Assembly (NCBI GenBank): GCA_001643675.2
Contig: LSRY02000001.1
Coordinates: forward strand, 682,001-746,000
Source of the DNA: Monocercomonoides exilis PA203
Taxonomy: Eukaryota > Protista > Preaxostyla
Length of the DNA stretch: 64,000 bases
Reading direction: 5' to 3'
Of the stretch, positions 40,502-54,500 are shown piece after piece (positions within the stretch are counted from its first letter, which is position 1; each line of letters starts with the position of its first letter). Both the position numbers and the translations under genes were made by a program. The notes under the pieces are model-generated. The model had not been told where the DNA came from. It saw nothing but the letters and a program-made list of their open reading frames with translations, and did no database searches.

Positions 40502-43500
40502 TTAAGAACTGTTAACATTCAAAAGATACTCGAGAACAGTTTGCTTGTGTTGGCATTGTTTAGAACTGGGCTCTTTTTGATTCTTGCAGGATTTTGCTGG
40601 TGCTTTTGCAATTCACAAACAATCGTTATCAGGAGTCTGGCTGTGTTCTGTTTGAATAAACTGAGTGGAAGAAGGAGGATGGATGGAGGAACGATGACAG
40701 TGAATTTTCTTTGAAGGCATTAATTGTTCCAGATTGAGAGATCGTGGTTGCGATATTGAACTTGAATATTTTTGCTTTCCCAATGTTGGTTGAGACGAAT
40801 GAAAACTTGGATGAGTTTCGATTGAACTTGACGTTGATGGAAGAGAAAAAATTGAAGGTGGAGAAGAAGTTAAATGAGAGGTATTAGTGGAAGTTACTCC
40901 TTCATTCATAAATGTCTCTTGTGATGATTGCAACTTAATGAATGAGAAGGTGTTGTTTGATCCGAAATAAGAATTGTTGTTGGAGGTTGTGGAGATGCAG
41001 ATGAAGCTGGTTGAGTTGTTGATGAAGATGAGGTTTCATTTGAAGATGAAGAAAGGTTTTGTATAGGTGGGAATAGAACAGAAGAAGAATTAGCTAATGC
41101 TGAAGTTAAAAAAGAGGAATTATATGAAGAAAAAAGTTGCTTGGCAGACTTCCATTGATTAGGAAGCAGCCATTTAAAAGAACAATCCGTATCATCGGAA
41201 ACAATACTTTCATCGCTTTCAGAAATTGAAGAAATTTGAGCATCTTCATTCAAAGTTGTCACCTCTTTCTGATCCCCACTGCTTTTGCCTTTTTTTTCGT
41301 TGATCTGAATTTCTTGCTCAGTTGAAACATCACCTGAATAAAAAAATTAATATGGTATGTGAAAAAAATAAAAATTTAATTGTTAATATAAATAAATTCA
41401 ATATTAAGCCTCTGTGACACTGATTTTTCACGTGAGATTTGTCGGTCGAATTGTATTTCTCTTGTCGAGACTTTTTTGTTTTTGAAAGTTTAAAGTTCTT
41501 TGATACTATTCACTTTTCAAGCGTTGATCTCAAATTTTCTATTAATTATTTTTTAAAGAAGCTTTTCAAATTGAAATTTTTGAGTTTTGAAATTTGGAAA
41601 ATAATAATGATACTTTCGAGAAAAAAATAAAATACGGCTCAATGATCAACGCATTCAATTGTTCTTTTCGATGAAATCGCATCACTTTTGGTTTGAACAT
41701 ATGTTCATCATTGAATGATATTCTCAGCAAGATGACTTTTAAACTTAAGTGTTGAAAAAATTGTGTGATTTTCCAAACACTTTTTATTCTGTTTGGTTGG
41801 ATTAACTCAAATTTTGAAAGAAGAGATAGAATCACAGGACTGCGCGGATCAAGTTGTGATAACAAATGGACCATTCGCCTTTCTGTTCTGTGTTGATGAT
41901 GCAGTTTGCAATAATTGAATGGAAATAATGCAATAATTTGTTTTTCTTTTGTTTTTCACAAATAATGCATGCAGTGTTAGATGGAGTTAAATGGTTTTAT
42001 ATGATTCAACTTCTTACAAAGCAGATTTATCTGCTGTTTAACAAAAAAAATAACAATCAAGAGGGATGTTTAAACTATGCAATTTCTGCAGTTTGATGAC
42101 TTCTTCGAAATGGTGGAGGAAGAATTTAATTTGCTTTATCTATTCAAGCACAAATAATTGCGTTTGACACAATTGAATGTTTTATAAATATATTCAATCC
42201 ATGCAACACATTGGTGGTTATCATTCTCATTAAACCTCAACTTTTTTGACATATATCCAAACATTCATTGCAGCAATTACAGAAATGAAAAATGAAAATT
42301 GTGGTTTCTGTGCTTTCTCAATTTGTGATCGTAGAGATTTTTCAACAACAATTCAAGAAGAACTGAAAGATTCAATTTTGTCTTTTTCTTTGATCTGATC
42401 ATATAAATAATCTATTAATTACCTTGTTACTCAGTGCAACTCAACGCGCCAGAGCAATTCATTCTCGATTCTATAAGAGATCAGGGGTTCTAAAGATTTA
42501 AAAATTCGCAGCTTGAACAAGCCTTCTGGAAGGAAACACACAAAAAAATAAGGCATTTTTTACAGATTCGATTTATATTCAGAATGGAAAACTTAAGTGA
42601 GAAATTTGAAGAAAACAAAAACCATGCCATTGTTTCACTTTTTTCACTCTTCTTATCAGGTATGATTGCATCCATTATTATTGATTGTGCTTTTGATGGA
42701 ATGGAATGAACAATGATGAATTTGCAGGTTTTCATTTAAAGAAGAAAGATGCATACATATTCAGAGATTCCGAGTAAAGAGAACAATGCAGGAGAAAATT
42801 TTCTCTGTTCAATGCAATCGGATGGTGCTGAGAAGAAAAGTCGTATTCAGAACACAACGTTTGTAGATGCAGAGCAGACATCAAATGAGCTGAATCTGAA
42901 GAGGTGTTATAAACGAGCAAAAAAGCAGTTTCGGAACGGCTTGGAAAAATGCTGTTACCTGATGCTATCTCGATACCTCCCTGCAGGTAATTACACATTC
43001 ACCGGGATGCTGTAGTAGCTGCCAGCAATTCCCACGAGAGCACAAACTCATCATATGAGACACAAAATATTACAATCCTCCCTTTCAAATGGCAAACTTA
43101 ACATTTCGCATAGGTCACATCCAGAAGAGTTTTCAATGTCACATTTACATGAGGTTCAACAGCCCCAATCGCTACAAATTCATCAACCGTCTCTCTTCCT
43201 ATCCGAATTTATATGCAACAACCCTCCATTCGATGCCAAACATCCAATCGAACCTCAGTCTCTTCTCCTCTCCCTCTCTCCAAAAGCCTCTCTCCTTCTC
43301 TCCGCATTCACCACGATCTTCCTCCTTATCAAACAATATTTTCTCAATGAACGTATTGTCGCCTTTCCCATCCGTTTATGTCATCTCTTCCACAGCCTTT
43401 TTCAATCGTCATTCTCTCCTTCCATAATGCATATATGACAAATATCCTGTGACAGTCTTCTTCAACAAAAAGTCCAGCCAGCTCGCATATGCCTTTCAAG

Positions 43501-45501
43501 CGAACATTGTTTCGATCAATGAATTCTTTTCGACAATTTACATGTTCTTATCATCTTTCATTCAATTAAAGTCTGATCTTAAATAAAAATATTCTATTCT
43601 TCTTTTTTTTCATTATAAGCTCTTTGTAAAGAATTGCATCTTAAATTTTTGTTTCAATTATGCCTGAGAAGTTTTATTTTAACCTTGTTTGCTTCGGAAA
43701 AATACTTGTATGATAATTTCAATATTATAAGATTTCGCTATTGAAATCGATTTATGAGATTGAATTCCAGTTTTGCTATTAAATGAGGAATTTCGTTAAT
43801 GATCAAGATAAAAATTATATGAAACTCACTCAATCAAATTTCAAAGGAAAAAAGTCTTTTAAATTATTATATTATAAGAATTAAACATGCGTAGCTTATT
43901 GATTGTATTTATAATATTCTCATTGCCAACAATTAAAGCAAGGCTGATTTGAACAAAAGATAGTTATTTGAGTTAAAATATGAATCTAAATCGTGAAGAT
44001 TTAATTAAACTCGACGAAATATTACATTAATTATTGTTTCAACAACTCGACTGATCTATGTCAAACGACTGATCTTTGTCATTCGACTGATCTCGACAAA
44101 GATCTGTCGATTAACCACAATGAAATTTTAATAAGAACTAAAAAATAATTTTTGATTTTTTTATTTTTGACAAAAAAAAACTTTTTATTATTAAATATAA
44201 AATGATTAAAACTCAAAAAAATGTTTAATAATCAGAAATGCAATTTAAAATATCGAAAAGAAATTATAAATAATTAAAAAAAAAAAAAAATAAACAGTTA
44301 GAAAAGATAACGTTTTATCGGTCGACTTGTCGAGTCGCTCGAAAAATGTCGGTCTGTCGCAGAGGACTAGTCAATATGGGTAAAATATGTAAATACAAAC
44401 TATCTTCAAGTGCATGTAAAGATGTTACACTTGAAGTTGGAGTTGAACTTTGGTTCAATCGATTAAGTAATCTGGCTTATATTTTTCATTTGCCAATTCT
44501 TTTTTCTGTCTTTTTTGCTCAGCTTTTGTAATTAGATCAGAGAGGAAAAGTTGATTTGCCTCAAAATCTTCCTCCGATAATGGGTTTTGCAATATGTGAT
44601 AATTTGTTAAACAGAACGCAACGTAAAAGTATTCAGCAATTGAAGAAATTTTTAAGGGCCAAGGTCGACGAAATATTGTAAATAATGTTTTCAAACGACC
44701 AAAAAACCGTTCGACGATTTCTCTATGTGCTGCAAGCTCTGGTGTCCCTACAGGTTTGGTTATTATTGCTCCCAATTCACTTTTAGCACCAATATAAGCA
44801 GAATCTGCCATGATTTTTCCTCCATCCAAACGTGCTGCGAACTGAGAGTAATGCTCACGAAACACGACATAGTCGTGAACTGCTCCGCCATGAACCTTGC
44901 TGACTGTGCTTGCAGTTCCTGTTTTTGGATTCACTCCCACTTCAACTTTTACACAATAAATTTTGTGCTTACCACTGAAACAGTCGCTTCCACAATTAAA
45001 TTCTTTTCCTGTTTTGTTTACCGGTAAAACTGTACAGTCTAAAACAAGTGCCACCTCCTCCATTCCACGAATTCTGTCAGGTCTAAACGTGAGAAACACA
45101 TCAGATAAAGAAACTTTGACGGATTGCAAGAACGAATGAATAAGTCGAATAGTTGCATCTTGCGTTTTAAGAAAAGGTGATGTGATGAGATGAGAAACTG
45201 TTGGTGATCCAAAATGAAAAAAATTTAATAACAAGAATAACTGATCGTCCAATTTTTCAATAACTCTTCGTTTCCCCGGATGAGGGTATATCTCAGGTTG
45301 AACAAGACGAACAAGAAGATCAAACTCACTCTTTGTGAAACCAGTCATTCTGAAAAAGCCCAAATCTTTGTTAGTGAATTTGGACAATGCGTTTTCAATC
45401 AATGACAGTTTCATTTCTTCCTCTTTTTGATGAGTAATTTTAGGAAGAGCATTTCTTTCTTCAACGTGAGTTAAAATTTCCAAAAAATTAGATTGACTCA
45501 T
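40502..45501 (-). pseudogene. PHIS transposase B (exon 1 45501-44401, exon 2 41333-40502)
   Basis: 348-aa ORF with intact LDCT, ADSAY and VERFFGRLK. Frameshift near 44475. Exon 2 encodes WLLPNQWKS and is itself frameshifted. Confidence 0.85.
41405..44369. mobile_element. hAT-like element 2, inserted in the intron of PHIS copy B
   Basis: 8-bp TSD TTCAATAT/GTCAATAT. TIR TAAGCCTCTGTGACA versus reverse complement TAGTCCTCTGCGACA. CGACTGATCT subterminal repeats at 44045-44110. Removal leaves a 94-nt intron like those of the sister copies. Confidence 0.8.
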
Positions 45502-45826
45502 TTTCAGAATAAGATATAAAGAATTGATCGAATGAATCCATTATTTGGAAATTTTTTTGTGATCCCCTTGTCCCACTTTATATATAATTCATCGTGAATG
45601 AATCAAAACGTTTTATCTTTGACTTTTTTGTTTTAGCACTTGAAAAAAAGAGGTTGATGAAAACAATTACAATTGACAATTACACAACGTTTTAGTTCTT
45701 AGGTTTTCATTTATCCGGTTATTTGTTTTTTTAATGGGAATACTGATAAAAATGATCTAATCCATGATTTGGATTTTGTTTTGGTTTATTCAGAATTTTT
45801 TGATCAATCAAAAGTTTTGTTTTTCC

Positions 45827-47332
45827 ATGAGCATGGAAGAAGATCGAGATGGTTTGAATTTTTATTTTGCTTTGAAACTTCATTATTATTATTATAAAGA
45901 TGATTTTTCGAGAGTTATTAAGTTGCTTGAAGATGCAGAATACAGTCGTTATGAAAACAAAATCGAAAGATGCGCACACATTTATATTGATCATGGAATA
46001 AAGAAATGCATCATTGTTTCGGCAGCATTTATAAACAGAAGCGCTCTCAATAGAGCAATTGAAGCTGTCAAAGATGGGAGAGATTGCTTTGTTAAATGCA
46101 GACCTCTTGCTTTGAACAAAGAAAAAACTGCAATATTCAAAGGAGAACTTTCTAATTTCGCTTGGGACAATAAACACAAAATAATGAAGGAGGCACGATT
46201 GTTTGTTTGGGTTATTATTTGTTTTAGGTTTTTTATTGTCACAAAATTGTTTTTTTTTTTATTAAATTGCTTTTTTTTTTTAAATTATCTTTCAGGCTTC
46301 AAGCCTTATTCAAAATAAACCAAAAGAGGAAATTATTGACCATTCAGTTTGTCGCTCTTGGACTTTCAACGTTATCAAAAAAAGTGAAAATCTCTTATTA
46401 AAAACACCTGTTCAAATTCCAGCGACACGAATTGCTCACAGCACTCAAGAGTGTATTGGAAGATGGTTTGATCGATTGGAAAAACTTTAAAACGATCACA
46501 ATTTCCTTCAACAACTCGTGTTCAATTTTAATGAATGTTGCATGAAAAGCGAAGAGAGAAAAATTCCAAAAGTTTTTTCAATGACCGATGCTCCTTCACT
46601 AACGCTAAGGCAGCAATCACATCCCCAAAATACATCGTTGTTGATTGTAATTGCTACAGACAGAACTCACACAGAACATGCATGATACTTTTTGGAAAAG
46701 AAGTTTATTAGGAATACAAAATGGCAAACAGTCGAGAATTATTAATTATTCCTGCAGAAACTGCTTCAATGACTAAAGAAAGATTTGAATACATTTTTCT
46801 TAATTCTATCATTCCAGCAATCGAATATAGAAGAAGCTCAATTGCAGAAAAATTTGCAAATGCGTTAAATAACATGGACTCCCTTCATTCTCATGTAACT
46901 TCAGACAAAATTAGTTTGGCATCAATGCATAGAATTGATTTGGCTCTTCCTCCTTCGCATTCATCTCATTTCATTCAACCGTTAGACAAATATGTTAACG
47001 CAAATTTGAAAAGCAAGCTTGAAGAAAGTGATACTGATGTTTTCATTGACTCTGCAGAAGGAAGAAGAACACATTTTATCAGGAGGCTGCAGATCGCATT
47101 GCATCATGCGTTGTCCCCTGCAACAGTCATTGCTTCTTGGAGGGATTCAGGAATGTGGCCACTTAACAAAAAGCTCGTGTGCGATTCCCTTCCATTAACA
47201 AAACCTGACAATGTTATTGTTTCTCCTTTCTTAATGGATAAAACAAAAGAATCTTTTAGTGGAAGAATTTATTTATCTTCCGATCCATTTGCCTTATTTT
47301 CAAATGGATTAACTTCATATATAACACTTTAA
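45827..47332 (+). pseudogene. pogo-like DDE_1 transposase, decayed
   Basis: INRSALNRAI..RPLAL HTH region, an intron at the same position as in the other pogo copies, MDSLHSH, PPSHSSHFIQPLD and SWRDSGMWP. Contains stops and frameshifts. Confidence 0.8.
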
Positions 47333-47474
47333 TTTATCTTTATCTTTTTTTTATTTCATATATAAAAATAACTTAGTTGAATTGTTGACAAATATTGAAT
47401 AACATGTTTCTTTTAATATTTTTTTTCTTGATTATGAAAAGATGCTTTGAAAAAATAATTGCATTATTTAATAT

Positions 47475-47714
47475 GGGTTATTCTTTTTGAAAAGTCGCAA
47501 ACGTTTAATTTTCTAATATATTAAAGATTTCTTATTTTTATCAAATTTTTATTCCCACAAACAAAACTTCACTAATATTGAATCTATTTCTGGATAATGC
47601 TATTTCATTCATTCTGAAGAAATTTCGTGAGTGGAAACAGAAATTTGAACAAAATGTGAAATTATTGATTTATCTGAAAATTAAACGTTTGCGACTTTTC
47701 AAAAATAATCACCC
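47475..47714. mobile_element. ~240-bp MITE with ATAT target duplication
   Basis: ATAT|GGGTTATTCTTTTTGAAAAGTCGC...GCGACTTTTCAAAAATAATCACCC|ATAT. Confidence 0.9.
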
Positions 47715-47835
47715 ATATATTTCGAGTCAAAGAATCACACAAAGTTGGAATTGTAATTTTCAAATCAGAATGCCCATAAGCAAATCTGATGTTTGGTTTT
47801 TTGAAAATGTCCGGATATTTGAAAGACTATTTAGT

Positions 47836-50199
47836 AGAACTTTTTCGAATTTATCGGGTAATTTCGTTTTGATTCAATCAATTTGTTTTCTATTTTTCTA
47901 TTTAGTGTTGATGAACTCAATTCGGTATTTTATCTATCTTTTTTTTGATCTCAAATAAGTATATTATGGAAGTGATTTGATCGCTTTGTTAGAGTTTTGT
48001 TCTTGCTGTTATAAATAGTAACTTTCACATGAATCGAACAATAAGTTTGAATAAGTGTGCTTAAGTATGTTTCATTTCATTTTGAACTGATTGCTAAAAT
48101 TCGTTTAAGTTCAGATGATTATTACAAATGCAGTTTTGGAAGTTTCTCGTCTAAACAAACATGATCGATTTAAAAAAATAATGTGAATGAAATATATTTT
48201 TAAGACAATTCCTTTTTTTGTATTAATAACTTTTATCATTTCAAATTGAAGTAATTGTTTTAATGAGATAAAGTTTCAAATCAACAAAGCTGTTGAAAGT
48301 AATATTTCATAAAAATTTTTAATGTTTTTTTGTATAAATTAAGTATGCATTTTAAAAAATAAAACAATTTGAACAAAACCAAGTGTTTTTATTATTATTG
48401 ATATAGAAGATAAAAATTCATAATGGATTGTATTTATATATCAATTAATCATTACGCTGGTTTAATAATAATTGAAGCGGACTCAGAATTTGCGTGTTTT
48501 GAGTAGCTGAAGATGAAGATGAAGATGAAGATGCAGAAGCTGATGATAAAGATGAAGAGGAAGCAGGAAAAACTGGAAAAGGAGCAGAAGAAGATGGCAA
48601 GAAAATGTTTGTTGATTTCCATTGCCCAGGGAGAAACCAATCAAGTGAATGATCACTTGATTGTGAACCTGGAATTTCTCTTTCTCTTTCTCTTTCCAAT
48701 CGACAAACACTTTCTTCTTCTCTTTGGCTCTCAATCTGTTCTCTTTCTTCTTCTCTCTAGCTTATGGCATGATCAACGGCGACTAAATTCTATGTTCGCC
48801 CTACCAATTAACAAAAAAAATATGGTTAATGTGAATGTTCAAAAAATGTTTTATTTGTATAAAAAATAAAGTTATGGTTAATATTTCAACAAGTAAACCT
48901 TCTCTTTGGGCTCCTAGAGAAGAAATTCTGGGTGCTGGCATATTTCCAGGATTCAATTTATTTTTGATTTTCGTGTTGTATCTTTCATTTGCAATCCGTT
49001 TTGCTTCTTTTTTCTGTAAATAATCGTGAACCAAACTGTCCAAAAATCGTTGATTTGCTTCTTCGTCTTTTATAGTGAGAGGGTTTTGATGAATGTGATT
49101 ATTAGTGAGACAACAAGCAACAAAAAAGGACTCTCCGATTTTTTCAACATCTAAAGGCCAAAAATTACGAAAGACAAAGAATTATGTCTTGAGTCTTCCG
49201 AAAAAACGTTCAACAATAACCCTTTTTGACGAAATTTCCTTTGTCCCTACTGGTTTGCTAATGACAGCCCCAAGCTCTGGTCTCGCACCCACATAAGCTG
49301 AATCTGCGAGTATTTTCGATCCTTCCATTTTGTCCTGAAACTTTGGATAGTGCTCTTTAAACACGCTGAAATCGTGTGTTGAACCTGTGAAAACCTTGCT
49401 TATAGTGCTCGCTGTGCCCGTCCTTGGATTTACTCCAACTTCCACTTCAACGCAATAGTAATGATGCTTTCCACTATAGAACTTCTTTCCTTCCTTCAGT
49501 TTTCATCCTGGTCTGCAAATAGGAATCACAGCGCAATCAAGTACAATCCCAACATCCTTCATTTCATCCAACCTGTCTTTGCGAAATGTTAGGAATAAAT
49601 CTGCCAATTGGTGTTTGAGAGAAGATGTTATTGAATGAAACAATCTGTTTGTCGCACTCTGAGAATCGTAGAAAGGGGAAGCAAGCGAAAAGGTTAGTTT
49701 TGGTGAACCATGATGCAAAAAATTCAGAAGCAAAAACAAATGCTCCTCCAAAGTGTTAATTGCTCTGTCTCTTCCACGGTGGTAAGGAGATTCTTTTTGC
49801 AACAGTGATAACAATAGATCGAATTCATTTCTTTAAAACCCTGACAATCGAAAAAATGAGCGAGATGGATCTTCAAGTTTTTCGCAAGCTATTTCAATGA
49901 TGGGACGTTTAACTTTTTCTGTTTTGATTTGGAGAGCTTTCGACAAAACATTACGTATTTCAACACTTTCTAGAATGCTTTCAATGTTGATTTGAGACAT
50001 GATGTTCACTTCTGTAGAGCGTTATTAACAATATATCCCATTAATTGAAGTTTTTTTGAAGGATCATTTTCCTAACATTTATTTTACTGATTGTGAGAAA
50101 TACAATACGGCATTTTCTGAATCTGATTCGTATTATGAAAAGCTTTTGTGAAAAAGAATCGACTTATGAAAATTGATTATATTAAATTGTCAAAGGTCT
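47836..50199 (-). mobile_element. PHIS transposon copy C
   Basis: AGT|AGAACTT...AAGGTCT|AGT: a direct duplication (AGT, or TAGTA if the ends are drawn 1 bp inward) on both sides. Confidence 0.85.
48445..50000 (-). pseudogene. PHIS transposase C (intron 48898-48801)
   Basis: LDCA, YSGKHH, ADSAY and VERFFGRLK with several in-frame stops. Exon 2 encodes WFLPGQWKS. Confidence 0.85.
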
Positions 50200-50431
50200 A
50201 GTAGAACTTGTTCGAATTTTCCCTGCCGCACCGAATTGATTAAAGAAATACGAATTTTGTCTGACTTTTTGAATGTTTCTCGCTCAATTTTGTATTTTCT
50301 CAATCTTTTTCCTGGCAACTCGAGGTTTTTCATATATTTTTTGTTTTGTGACTTGTGATATTCACTTTTTTTGTTTCTTAAATTACTTCATTATTATTTT
50401 GAGTTAGGTTTTCAATTTTGTTTGTATATTT

Positions 50432-50671
50432 GTCAAAATTTTTTTGAAAAGTTCCTTTTATTTAATTTTCAAATAAAATAAAAATTTCATATTTTCATCA
50501 ATTTTTTGTTCCTACTCAAGAAACTTCACCAAAATGGAAACAAATCCAAAAGAATGTTATCATTACCGTTTTTGTGAAGTTTCATAATTGGGAACATAAA
50601 TTTGATCAAAATATGAAATTTTTGTTATATTAGAAAATAAAACAAAAGGAACTTTTCAAAAAATTTTAGAC
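50432..50671. mobile_element. ~240-bp MITE with ATTT target duplication
   Basis: ATTT|GTCAAAATTTTTTTGAAAAGTTCC...GGAACTTTTCAAAAAATTTTAGAC|ATTT. Sister of the copy at 3512. Confidence 0.9.
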
Positions 50672-51532
50672 ATTTATTATATATTAATTAAACTTTTTAT
50701 GATATGTTTTTTGAGTTTTGTATAATTTTTGTACAGTGCCTTTGTATCATGTTTTAAAGCAATTTTAACTAGCATAGATAACTTATATCCATTTTTAACA
50801 CTATTTTTTATATGTTTAATATAAATATGAGAGTTCTAAATGTTTCAATATTTTTTTTTAACAGATTCACTAATTTCATATTTTTATTTTTTGTTTTAAG
50901 TGTTAACAAGCAAACAATGATATGCAATGAATTTTTCTTGTATTTATATATATGTTTAATATGTGCTTAAACAAAAAAACTTATCAATTACAAAATTATA
51001 TTGTATTAATATAAAAAGGGAACCAAGGTGAAATGAAAAATACAATATAGTTATAAAAAACTCAGTGCTTTGAGTTCAACAAGCTCTGCAAAAGATTTTC
51101 GCTGACTCTTTTTTCTTTTATTGAAGCACTGGAGGAAAAAGCAAAAGGGAAAAAGGACAACGACGTTTGTTGGAACAGTCGAAGAGATTTCCACTAATTT
51201 GGCAAAAACCACTTTGACGATTTATCACTGTTTCTTTCTCTTTCTTCATCTTCATCTCTTTCGTTAATAATAATTTCATCTCTCCTTTCCTTTTCTTCGA
51301 CAGTTTTCTTTTCTTTCTTCTCCTTTTCATCTTTTCTTTCTTTTTCTCTTTGATCTTCCCCAGTTCGCTGCTCTTGGGCTTCAGAATTGCCTGAAAAACA
51401 TAGTTATGGTAATGTAAATATAAAAACAAGCAAAATAAACATTATAAACGTTAATATGGGTGAAAATAAAAAAGTCTAACTATCTTCCGAATAAAATAGA
51501 GTTGTGATTGATGATGGTGGAGGAGCTTCAGG

Positions 51533-54500
51533 GGCATAGGTGTAACTGTCTACCTTTTGCAATTCTGGATTTTTGCTATTAATTTTATGATATTTGAAAA
51601 GCATAAATTATTTAAAAACTTTTGTATGGACAGATTTTTCGAAATTCTTCTTGCTTCTCATGAAAAAAAACTTTTTTTTTAAAATGACCCATAAATATGA
51701 GAATTATGAATAAAAATAAATATTAATGTAAATTTTCCAATCAATAAATAGATACAAGGCTTGTAAATATTATGTTTTCTTTTTAAATAAGAGAATTTAT
51801 CAAAATAAAGCATTTTTCAAAATCTTTTTTAGAAATGAGAATAATTTTGATCAATCCCACGATATAATATAAAATATCCAATAAATAAAATTTTGTATTT
51901 ATGCTTGATAAGTTGAATGGATACTTTCAGTTGTTATGTATACTATCCATTTATATATTGAAGAGTGATAATATATATTATTTATTTTTGTTTTATTTTT
52001 TCATTTCCATATTATGATAATTATTATTCTGATGTATTTTTTGCACTACAAACAGTTTTTATCACTTCGAAGATAATGATTGAAATTACACAAACATTTT
52101 TGTAACAGATAACTTGGTGATTTAGAATTACTTTTTTCATTATTTTCCAACTGTATTCAATTCGCATCAACCAAATTATAATTCAATTGAATAAAGCAAC
52201 GTAGATCAGTAAGAAAAAGCTGAGTTAAAAAAAAAGAAAAGAAAATGAAGGAAGCATAGTATTTTTTCTGAATAATCAATATCTTCTAACTTATCAATGA
52301 AAATTACTGGTTTTAACCCTGCAGTTTTTAAGAATAAAGCAATTAGCAAATTGCTCAATAGGTGGAGTCAATTCAAAGGAAACAAAAGGGAAATTGATGA
52401 AATTAAAGGATTGTTTGGATTTGAAAATGGACAATGGAAAATTTGATGGAAGAACGAAAGAAAGAAATGAATAGAACATCAATGAGGAAGAAGAGATATG
52501 TAAATGGAGTGGCTCATTGGTTGATGTTGAGAAGAGCAATGTGGAGATGAGGGAAACAACGATTATGAAGAGCAAGGAAGGTGGATTGCGGGTGAGTGGA
52601 GCGAGTGTGAGGATTGAGAAAGGAGAATTTGAGAACAACAACCCATCTATTGAGGGATATCCATCAGCCAGAAGGAATGCGATTTGTGAAGGGAATGGGG
52701 GGTTGAATGTTGTGAGTGTGAAAGGGGGAGATGGAATGTTGCCAAACACATCGATGTGGATATTGGACGAAGGATGCAAATTGGGAGGGATAGATTCAGA
52801 AAGAGGATCATCATATTTCATCCCCATTTTGGTAGATGTGAAGAATATTTTTCAGCCAAATGGGGATGTGGAGTTGATGATTCTGGGAAAGCTGCTTCTT
52901 CCGCGTGGTTTAACTCTGAGATAAAACATGAAAGAAGGGGATTTTGAGCTTCCATATAAGAGCACCATTGAAGAAGGTGGGTACATATCAGAGAACGAGG
53001 TGCATTCAATGATTTCATTGGAATTACTGAAAGTGATAAAGAACAAAACAGAAGTGAGTGTGTGCATTGTGTTTGGAAAAGATGAATCATCTTCTTCTAA
53101 TGGAATTGTGGTGATGAATAAGAGTGAGAGTCAATCAAAAGGAGAGAAGAATGAAGATGAAGGAGATGAAAATAACAAAAAAGTTCAAAACAACAATGAA
53201 TGGAGCATGGTTGTTATTGTTATAATAGCTGTGCTTTTTTTGATGTTTGAATTTATATTTGTTGTAGTGGTGGTGATATTACGAAAAAACTTAGGGAATC
53301 AGAAAAGAACGTTAAAAAAACAAGAATAGAAAATGAGCAGATAATGGAAAAGATGGAAAGGAGAAGGTAAAGCAATGAAAGAAGCTTTGAGATGAGTGAA
53401 ATGCCATCTACGTTGCTGGAAGGAATGACGAGCCAAATTCCGTTATTGATCGAGGATGAAGAATGCTCATCTGAATCTCCAACAACAAGCAATGATGACG
53501 ATGATGAGATTCTGAATGAAAATGATTTGTCGGTTTTTGGGTTTCCTCCTCCAAGATCTGAGAATGCTTCTGCTTCTGGAGTGCCACAATCATATTCATT
53601 CAATGTTATATCAGCGAAGAAGCCATTTCGAGAAAAGGAGAAAAAGAACATCAAAATGTTGCATTCTGTTATTCATTCAGTGCAAGGCAATTTCACACTG
53701 GGAACAAGAGCGATGGATGTTGTTGATGGGAAGGAGGTTGTTTTGGCAGTTGCAGAGCTGTTTGAGCATTTGATTTCTGTTGGAGACGAAAGGGTGGAAA
53801 TGATGGCGAGGCAGCTGTGCCCATATACAATCTTTGTTGAAGAAGGGAACGAAAATGAAATATACCTATTGACTGAAGAATTGGAGGATGAAAAACAGAA
53901 GGAAGAAATGAAGCGATGGAAGGCACCAGAAATTGGAAATGAAGATGAGGAAGTGGAAAATGATGGAATTGAGCAAGCAGTTGTATTCACACTTGGACTG
54001 ATACTCCATGAAATGACAACAGGGGAAGTGCCATTGAGCGAGTGTGAAGCCGAGGAAGCACAGGAGATGATGAGGGATGGAGTGCGACCGCTGACAGAAG
54101 GAATCGAAGGAAAATATCTGGTTGAGCTGATGGTAAATATGTGAGCAGATGAGACTAATGACAAACCGAAAAAGGACAAAGTGATTTTTTTATTGTTGGA
54201 AATGTTTGAATATAATTTCATTTAACATTGAATATTAATTTTTGCAGCAATAAATAGAAACGGAAAAATTTAAGGTTTGAGCAAAAACATAAAAGCAAAT
54301 TATTCTTATTCTTGAAATTTATCCTTCTTATTTGAAGATTAATTAAAATTTTTAATATTAAAATAAATACACATGCTCATTAACATACACAATGCTTATC
54401 GAATGAACTAAAATTTTTAAAAAACTTGTTGACAATTATTGTGTTGTTTCATCAAATAAGAAATCAACAAATTCAGAAATAATGACTGTGAAGAAAAAAC

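Larger units (their letters stand above)
34984..45699 (-). mobile_element. PHIS transposon copy B, expanded by two nested hAT-like insertions
   Basis: Left end AGGATAAAAACGATATG aligns without gaps to the family end at 59059 and to the reverse complement of the far end (AGAACTAAAACGTTGTG). About 2.9 kb after removing the insertions. Begins 8 bp from the tRNA-Pro 5' end. Confidence 0.7.
45702..47827 (+). mobile_element. pogo-type transposon (pogo-B)
   Basis: TA|GGTTTTCATTTATCCGG ... CCGGATATTTGAAAGAC|TA: imperfect TIRs with TA on both flanks. Confidence 0.75.

Noticed and set aside
41405-41874. Exon 2 at 41.3 kb spliced to a different upstream gene through a GC donor
   Set aside because: The apparent donor is the hAT TIR. 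The TSD shows the exon belongs to transposase B.
45501-47332. A single composite element encoding both PHIS and pogo transposases
   Set aside because: Each has its own TIR pair, and the neighbour arrangement varies between loci.
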